Source of the DNA: Eledone cirrhosa
Taxonomy: Eukaryota
Assembly: GCA_964016885.1 (NCBI GenBank)
Contig: OZ024740.1
Location: 222,146,001 to 222,210,000, forward strand
Direction of reading: 5' to 3'
Length of the DNA: 64,000 nt
Positions 55,776 to 64,000 of this stretch are shown one piece after another. The notes below the pieces were generated by a model, which had not been told where the DNA came from, ran no database searches, and saw only the letters and a list, made by a program, of their open reading frames with translations. The stretch's first letter is position 1. Every line of letters starts with the position of its first letter. Made by a program: the position numbers and the translations under genes.

Positions 55776-56530
55776 ATAAAGAATTTATATCTAGTAACAT
55801 ATATATACATACAAATGCATATCGATGCTAGCAAATATATAGGTTTTGTCTTAATAACATTGTGGTTCAATGCATGGGGTTGCAGAACAATAATATAAGA
55901 GACGTAAGATAAGAGAATTATAAAATTAACTTACTAAAATATCACTTCCAACTAGTTAGTTTCTGGAATGGAGTAGATACATCTTCCGAAGAAGGTGTTG
56001 AGAAACATCCCGTCATCAGGAAAGTCTATTCTCATATAAGTTTCCAGGCAAAGCGAGGACTCTGGAAGCTTATTAAAAAATAAATCAGTGAATAGGAAAT
56101 AGCAAAGCGTGGACTTACTTCCTAGCCATTGAGAAAATCACTACCTCTGTGTCTGTGGCAAATTCAAAAAGAATCGAACACGTGACATCGAGGTCAATCG
56201 GTGGAAAGTGGGTTGTTAATAAGACAGCGGCCAGCCTACTACTAAGTATGTTAATTTTATAATTCTCTTATCTTACGTCTCTTATATTATTGTTCTGCAA
56301 CCCCATGCATTGAACCACAATGTTATTAAGACAAAACCTATATATTTGCTAGCATCGATATGCATCTGTATGTATATATATGTTACTAGATATAAATTCT
56401 TTATTATTATCTCCAAAATATTTGTCGAGCAATACTGGCCATGACTGCTGCTACGGTAGTAGGCTGGCCGCTGTCTTATTAACAACCCACTTTCCACCGA
56501 TTGACCTCGATGTCACGTGTTCGATTCTCT
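55774..56530. mobile_element. ORF-less HHR unit present as two divergent, circularly permuted pieces
   Basis: 55774-55934 inverted at 56245-56407; 56170-56242 inverted at 56457-56528; HHR at 55944-56025 (-). Confidence 0.8.
55944..56025 (-). ncRNA. Hammerhead ribozyme with extended stem II
   Basis: ACTTTC-CTGATGA-C-GGGATG..CATTCC-A-GAA-ACTA-AC-TAGT-T-GGAAGT. Confidence 0.82.
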
Positions 56531-56562
56531 TATATATATATATATGTATATATATATGTATG

Positions 56563-56594
<32 letters not shown>

Positions 56595-56640
56595 TGTATG
56601 TATGTATCTATGTATGTATGTATGTATGTATGTATGTATG

Positions 56641-56696
<56 letters not shown>

Positions 56697-56806
56697 TATA
56701 TATATATATATATATATATGCATATATATATATATGCATATATATATATATATATATATATGCATATATATATATATATGCATATATATATATATATATA
56801 TATATA

Positions 56807-56888
<82 letters not shown>

Positions 56889-56890
<2 letters not shown>

Positions 56891-57098
56891 GGAACGAGTA
56901 GGACCCCGACGGCTGAGCTCAAGCCGTTTCGACGCCTAATTCTGGACTAAAATCAGATTTTAGTCCAGAATTAGGTGTCGAAACGGCTTGAGCTCAGCCG
57001 TCGGGGTCCTACTCGTTCCTATTACCCACTCTACTACCCTAAGTATTGAGTACTTTGGTGCGTTATGGTCCACCTGGTTCCTTACCACATTTCCTTCG

Positions 57099-57100
<2 letters not shown>
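56889..57100 (+). mobile_element. Fold-back element (66-bp arms centred on 56955) containing an HHR 3' half, plus tail
   Basis: Palindrome 56889-57021; right arm GAAACGGC-TTGAGCTCA-GCCGTC-GGGG. Confidence 0.82.
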
Positions 57101-57151
<51 letters not shown>

Positions 57152-57265
57152 CATATATATATATACATACATATATATACATATATATACACACCTATAT
57201 ATATATATATATATCTATACACACCTATATATATATATATATATATATCTATACAAATATATATC

Positions 57266-57310
<45 letters not shown>

Positions 57311-58177
57311 TATACATATATATACATATATATATATAGTATACATACACATACATATGTGTAGGTATGCGTTTGCGTTTGTGGTTGTGGTTATGCATCT
57401 GTTTGTATTAAAATGAATGTATGTGTAACATAGAAGGGAGAAAGATGTTTGTAAATAATTAAAAGACAAACAGAAAAATTATTTAACTACAAATAATTGT
57501 TTCTACTACAAATAATGAAGAGTAGAAAATAATGCTGTTACTAAAATAGTTTATGTTTTATGATAAACGAACGAGTTGACTTTGAACGGAAAGCGAAGTG
57601 AAAAATAAATACACAGATTCAGAAAGATAATAATTGAATAAAGATTAAAATATTTCTTTTCGTTTCGTTTTCATATCATACAATCTAACATAAATCTGTT
57701 ATGACGTGCGTGACATTTAGAGCCAAGTAAACTGTGTTTCCTGACATCTTTTTCTTATGATCCAAACATAGTATTCTCTAATACATTATACAATTGTACT
57801 TCCTATAGCTGATCCAGATGGTTTCCACTGAGATTATATTTGTAAACAGGTTTCCAGCTTAGGTAGTTGTCATGGCTTATATTTTTTTCTTATTATCCCC
57901 GAGATTCTAAGATATAGCTTGTTCAAATAGTTGATCTCGGATTGAAGACGTCATAAATGTGTGAAAATAATGTAAGAAGCCTACCAAGGAATATCATGTA
58001 TATGGGTAAACTGATATAGGTATAAAAGTATAATTCATAATATGATATAGGTATATAAGTATAATTCATAATATGTGATTAAACTGTAAAATGGCTTGCA
58101 TGATAGATATATCTTAGGTGGTTTATATATAGGAGATTATATGGATATTTACTGACTTGGTAGTCTAGAAACGTTTA

Positions 58178-58344
58178 CGGTCGGACGCCATGCTTTGTAG
58201 CAAAGAGATACGGCTCTTTCTGGTCTGAGTTCAAATTCCGCCGAGGTTAACTTTGCCTTTCATCGTTACGGGGTCGATATAAGAAAGTACTAGTAATACA
58301 CTGGGATAATTGCTGACTTTGTGCCAAAAGTAGAATCAATTATT
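58178..58344 (+). mobile_element. SINE
   Basis: Matches the SINE consensus. Confidence 0.85.
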
Positions 58345-58661
58345 AAATTGTCAAGAAGGGTTATATCATAAGGTTAGAAGAACTATAAACTCTACAACTT
58401 GGATAAACACACACACACACACACATATACACATACATACAAACACACACACTCACACATACTCACGCACACATATATTTGCAATAAGTAACGAGCTTAA
58501 ATTACGATCCGGCTGATGTAGGATATCTTATCTCACGTTGTACCCATAAGGAAACTGGCCAACTGTATCATACGTTGTGTTACGCTAAATTAAACTGAGA
58601 AATGCTCAGCCAGTTACACTTTAAGAACAGGCATTTTTGTTGATTGGATCGTATATATGTG

Positions 58662-58724
<63 letters not shown>

Positions 58725-59488
58725 ATACCTCTTTATTTGCATTCTTATTTTATATATCTCTATCTTTCACTTTTCATCTTTGCATTTCTCTACCTAAACT
58801 TATTTCATCTATGTCATTTTATCTTATCATATAATATATCTTGAACTAGTTAATTTACTTATTAAAATAACCAATACAGACATAAACATATTCAACATTA
58901 TCACATTTTTATTTTAATATCTATCCATATATTTAACAAGTATCTTAACATTTTAAAATATTCTCCGTACTTTTTTACACATCTATTTGTTTATTTTCAT
59001 CTCCACTTTTCCCATATTATACCATTTTTTATATTACATTAGATGTCATTTATTTATTTATTTATATATTTATTTATTTATTTATTCATTTATTTATTTA
59101 TCTATTAATTTATTTACTTATTTATTTATTTATTTATTTACTTATTTATTTATCTATCAATTTTTTTATATATATTTTATATATATATATATATATATAT
59201 TTTATATATTTTTCATTCATTTCCTCATGTATCTATCTTTATTTCTACTTATATTTATTCTTACTTTAACGTCTATTCATCTATTTGCCCCTCTGTAATA
59301 ATTTTCTCCTCTCCTTCTTCCTTCTCTATCTCTTTTTCTTTTTCCTTCTTCGTCTTTCTTCTTCCCTTCCTTTCTCTCTTTACTTTATCTACCTTTTTTC
59401 CCTCTATATCTTTAATATTAATATTATTATTGATGTGTTAATTTGAATCTGTAAATTTGCCGGTTACGCATATATTTATATTTTCTTT

Positions 59489-59597
59489 CAGTCTCTGAGG
59501 ATATGATGGAGATAACATGTGTTTTAAATTAGGTAGCACTACTTTCAGTGTTTAGCGATTTTTAGACAACTCTATCAGTGAAACAATTGTTAGACTG
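59489..59597 (+). ncRNA. Hammerhead ribozyme with ~78 nt stem II
   Basis: CAGTCT-CTGAGGA-TA-TGATGGAG..CTCTATCA-GT-GAA-ACAATTGT-T-AGACTG; perfect 6-bp stem I, palindromic stem III. Confidence 0.8.
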
Positions 59598-59692
59598 TAA
59601 ATAAATCTCATTTTTTGTACTGTTGACCATGTTATTCCCACTTTTTCAATTTTATATATATAATTACAACATTAACATAAACAAGTACTTAC

Positions 59693-59726
59693 GTTTCGTT
59701 GGGTTCTGGACCCCAACTCATTTACC
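59693..59726 (-). CDS. Candidate 34-nt micro-exon of an unidentified gene
   Basis: TTATGACAG acceptor, AAC|GTAAGT donor; could read MSWGPEPNET or VNELGSRTQRN. Confidence 0.25.
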
Positions 59727-59937
59727 CTGTCATAACAAATGTCTAGAAAGAAAGGTACTAAATACGACAATACGTGGTCTATCCACGGCTTCGCCGATCA
59801 ATATCGACAACATACGTATATTATATAATTGTATAATCGAAATGTCTATACTAACAGGAAAAAAATTTATTAATAACAGACTCTGACGCGTTTTCGATTG
59901 CAGACATAAGCAAAGCAAAACTTTCTCCCATTATAAT

Positions 59938-60575
59938 ACCGACTAGCATGAAGCTGACCATCGATCCCATACTCCTGCACAACTCCCGAGGAATGCTGTC
60001 ATACACCTTTTCAATGTCAACAAAATATCGATATACCTATTGGCAATACTCTCACGATTTCTCGAAGACGTGCCGCAGTGCGAATATTTGGTCGGCTGTG
60101 CTGCATTCGTGACGAAAACTGTACTGTGCATCAGCTATCTTGGACGCGACTATCTCCCTACATCTCTTTGCCACTTATCATAGACTTTACAGGGGAGGCT
60201 TAACAAGGCGATCTCTCTGTAATTGGAACATGTAGTTAGAATGTCTCAGGAAAGTATCGCTGGACATATTTTACGAGTAAAACCAACTGACAGCAGACTT
60301 AGGGGTAGACGCCGAGCAAGATGGTTGGATAACATCCATGAGCTTGGTTGGTCTTGCCCGGGGATCCAGCCGGATCAGGTGGAAACAGTTGCATCTAACA
60401 GGAACCCCTGGAAGGAGTGTTTTACGACTCTGTCCTCGCGACCCTCTCATAAAGAAGAAGAAGAAGAAGAAGAAGAAGAAGAAGAAGAAGAAGAAGAAGA
60501 AGAAGAAGAAGAAGAAGAAGAAGAAGAAGAAGAAGAAGAAGAAGAAGAAGAAGAAGAAGAAGAAGAAGAAGAAGA
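59938..60575. pseudogene. RTE LINE fragment with inverted RT piece and (GAA)n tail
   Basis: Minus 59938-60190: AQYSFR..STADQIFALRHVFEK..FVDIEKVYDSIPRE; plus 60213-60450: HVVRMSQE..RGRRRARWLDNI; (GAA)n 60452-60574. Confidence 0.85.
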
Positions 60576-61440
60576 TATACATCAGGGTGCACTGCGTAAT
60601 AATATATCTAAGGAAGAGGGTGTTAATTAATTACGATTAAGTGTGTATGTTGAATATTTATCCATTAATACAATATCAAGTAAATTGATCCATATGAAAG
60701 AGAGAATATATATATATGTTTCTGAACTGAATCGCAAAGGTAGTTTGCAATTGTATTGTAGCAAAGCATTTAATTTTAACAGAAGGTTAAATTCGACATT
60801 CTAAAGCAGTAAGAATTACACCTCTTCTACAATAACGTCACTGTGTAATTTTACTGCAAACCCCATTCTATAACCGCTAATCATCATAAATAACAGCAAT
60901 GGAAGTATCTTTGATGTTATGTATTGCCTAGAATTCTCAGATTGGGAAGCAATGAAGTCATTCCTCTGCTGATTCTCTTGGATGTACATTAAACAAGTCA
61001 CATATATTTAATGGGATTAAAATGTTAGTTGACCATAAACATTAACGCAAGAAGTAGTTGTTAGCCGGTTATAAAGCATGGAAGCTTAAACATAATAGCA
61101 TTGATTTGAGACAAAATTGCACTCATTTGACAATGTCTTACAAAAACAAAACCAAAAGAAAATCGGTTTTTAATACCTTATATCTCTAAATGGTATATTA
61201 CGCCAATGAAGGAAGCATCAATATAGACGCCTGGCATGCTAGATGATGTAGCCAAATCTCTGTTAGTTCACAACGTCACCATAAGCTGTCCGTCGATAGT
61301 GGACAAAGAATGACAATAGGGCATGTACAATGTCGTTGGAACTGATGAGTATTGTCTCTATTAGTTTCCCTCCTGCTCTTGTCCAGCTGCAAGTAACAAT
61401 ATCATCTTATGCCGCACTTTACGTTAGCTTACCTTATATA

Positions 61441-61572
61441 TAATTGTTTCTACTTTTGGCACAAGGCCAGCAATTACCCAGTACATTAATGTTGCTTTAT
61501 TTTATCGACCCCGTAAGGATGAAAGGCAAATTTAACCTCGGCGGGATTTGAACTCAGATCGTAAAGGGACGT
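61441..61572 (-). mobile_element. 5'-truncated SINE inside a minisatellite
   Basis: Matches the SINE consensus; TACCTTAYATATAAT on both sides. Confidence 0.85.
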
Positions 61573-61681
61573 ATACCTTACATATAATATACGCTAGATT
61601 AAGTTATATATAATATACGTTACATATAATATACTTTAGCTGACGTTATATACAATATACATTAGCTTACCTTATATATAT

Positions 61682-62675
61682 CTTCTTCTTCTTGGTTATC
61701 CATCGTAAACGATGATGACATCTTCTTTATTTTAGTTCCCGTCAGCCATGGGCACGAAGGTGGCTGTGGAGGCCGATCCTTTACTTGCAGGTCCGGGGAC
61801 AGTGGGGGCAGGGGACGAGACCAGAGTCACTCCCATGACTTGCGCATCTAGGCCGCCCACGTGTGGGTTTGATACTAGCAACTCCCGGAGGTTACCTCCG
61901 CCTCTCGCCCATCGCCGCAGGGCTTTGGGAGAGCACGCTAAAGAAGAAACCTGTGCGGGAAAGGTTTATAGTGGGAGGGCCAGTGCACAGTGACGGTCCC
62001 ACTCACTCGGCCGCAGAATCCAGAATCCGGTGGTACGGAGGACCGTCACCACCAGGGACATCCTTGGCTGCAGTGGATGGCCACGACGTCTGTAGTACCT
62101 TGCCGTGCCCTAGCGCTCCACACCGCTTGCTGTCGCCGCCTTCGTGACCGTTGGGACGATGTTGTCCGCCTCCACTCACTCCGCCGGGTCCAGTCTTCGC
62201 AAGCAGGGGCAGGCATCCCCTATCTAACTCAACGGGGAGTTTCAGACCCGTCCGGCTACCCTCAACCTGGTTCGGCCCGCCAGCCAAGGCGGTTTCCCGG
62301 GGTGTGGCCGATGTCGCATGCTACAGCTTCTTGGGTCCACAGGTGAGTGCTGAGTGTCAGTTGGGACCCAATGCAGGACGAGCTGTCCTGAAAAGGCATG
62401 GCTAGCCTTCCCTACAGAGGTACATGCTCCTCCCTGACACCCCAGTCATATACACACGTATATACATACACATACATATGTACATGTGTATATACATATT
62501 TACACATTTTTGGATGGCCGTTGACTCTTATGAGTTCTTCTGTCCTTTGTCGGGCTTTGTGTTTTTTGTCCTGCAGGGTGTCCAAAATCACCCTCCTCAC
62601 CAAGTGAACTTGGTGGGGTTGCGAGGTTGTACTGGTTTACATGTTACAGGTATCACTCAAGAGTGACCTGACACC
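61682..62675 (-). mobile_element. RTE-like element: UTR-like repeat fused to a C-terminal C2H2 finger region and (GAA)n tail
   Basis: Minus strand LVPCPHCPRTCK*RIGLHSHLRAHG*; GAAGAAGAAG tail at 61682; 62405-62672 matches 7773-7995. Confidence 0.7.
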
Positions 62676-63056
62676 ATATATATAATATACGTTACATATA
62701 ATATACGTTAGCTTACCTTATATATAATATACGTTAGCTCAAGTTATATATAATATACGTTAGCTCAAGTTATATATAATATACGTTAGCTGACGTTATA
62801 TACAATATACGTTATATATAATATACGTAAGAACATGTTATATATAATGTACATTATATAAAATATACGTTAGCTCAAGTTATATATAACATACCTTAGC
62901 TCAGATTATATATAATATACGTTATATACAATATGTTATATATAATATACGTTAAATACAATATACGTTATTATATTATACGTTATATACGATATACGTT
63001 ATATATAATATACTTTATATAAGTGATGCGTTAGCTCTAGTTATATATATTATACG
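62676..63056. repeat. AT-rich minisatellite (16-27 bp units, core TATAATATACGTTA)
   Basis: Units also at 61420-61440 and 61575-61680, so the array was split by later insertions. Confidence 0.85.
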
Positions 63057-63641
63057 AATAAACTAATTCAATTGCATACACTTCCCTTTAAATATTTAAA
63101 ATGCGGTAATCTGAACTGTTATACTAATTTAATATTCAAGTTTTAGTTTTTCAGTTAAATGTTGGAGGTTATTTATATAAACAGAAACAACCGTAAAGAA
63201 TAACATATACAATGATCTTTGCGTGTGTATTTTATCGTTTAGTATTTCATTACATATATCTATATATTTTCGTACTTTTCCATTGATAAAAATTAGCTTG
63301 AGTATGTATTTCATATACCCACTTACGTTCATAAATTATTTTCTAATTTTTTCTTGCATAGGCCGTATGTATACACTTTTTGTCTGGAGTGAGAGACCCC
63401 TATTCTTCAATAAGACATCTCTATAGGAGAAGGTCACTCCAATATAAAACCTAAAACTACGTTTGCATCCAATGATGTAAAGCAGTTCTACATTTTGGGT
63501 AAATGCATTCGATGTTCAGTGAGTGGTATTGACTCCGTGCAAAGCCATACCTGACAAACCGTAGGAAAGTCGGTAACAGAAGAAAAAAGATGAGTCAGGG
63601 CTGCTCATTCGATAGCGTTACTTGAAAATGAGTTTCAGCCG

Positions 63642-63717
<76 letters not shown>

Positions 63718-63749
63718 GCACACGCATACACAAACACAAACACACACAC

Positions 63750-63785
<36 letters not shown>

Positions 63786-64000
63786 TGTTGAAACAAGTTT
63801 TAACTGTTTCTCAATATAACCATCGTATAAAAATTAAATGAAGACATGCAGAGAAGGAATTTGCCAGTTAGGGATAAGAAGAAAAGCGAAACATAAAGGC
63901 GAAAGGAAGCTGTATAAGTGTTTACATGAAAAAATAACCTAAAAATATTTTAAAACATATGAAATGCATGTATATATAAACGTATGTAAGGAAAATCCTT

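Noticed and set aside
60271-60640. Poly-E, poly-K and poly-F ORFs
   Set aside because: Translations of the (GAA)n tail of an RTE fragment
62676-63056. Regularly repeated TATAATATACGTTA as a CRISPR-like array
   Set aside because: No unique spacers, eukaryotic context, no cas genes; it is a minisatellite

Overview
AT-rich eukaryotic (animal) genomic DNA. The SINE family and dense (TA)n/(CA)n microsatellites resemble octopod cephalopod genomes (inference). No host gene can be named; two clean minus-strand exon candidates were found. The window is dominated by retroelements: at least six Penelope-like element (PLE; RT and/or GIY-YIG) copies or fragments, many copies of one tRNA-derived SINE, RTE, Tx1/L1, CRE and R4/Dong-like LINE fragments, a deleted mariner and several MITEs. 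The main signal is non-coding. About 15 complete or partial type I hammerhead ribozymes (HHRs) from roughly ten unrelated sequence families occur in PLE termini, in fold-back palindromes and in ORF-less 340-660 nt units with tandem or circularly permuted structure (retrozyme-like). About 20-290 nt downstream of the HHR, on the same strand, most of these families share a covarying hairpin (RYTC / upper stem / UU bulge / GARY) that I do not recognise from any described family. All structures were read by eye and coordinates may be off by a few bases.
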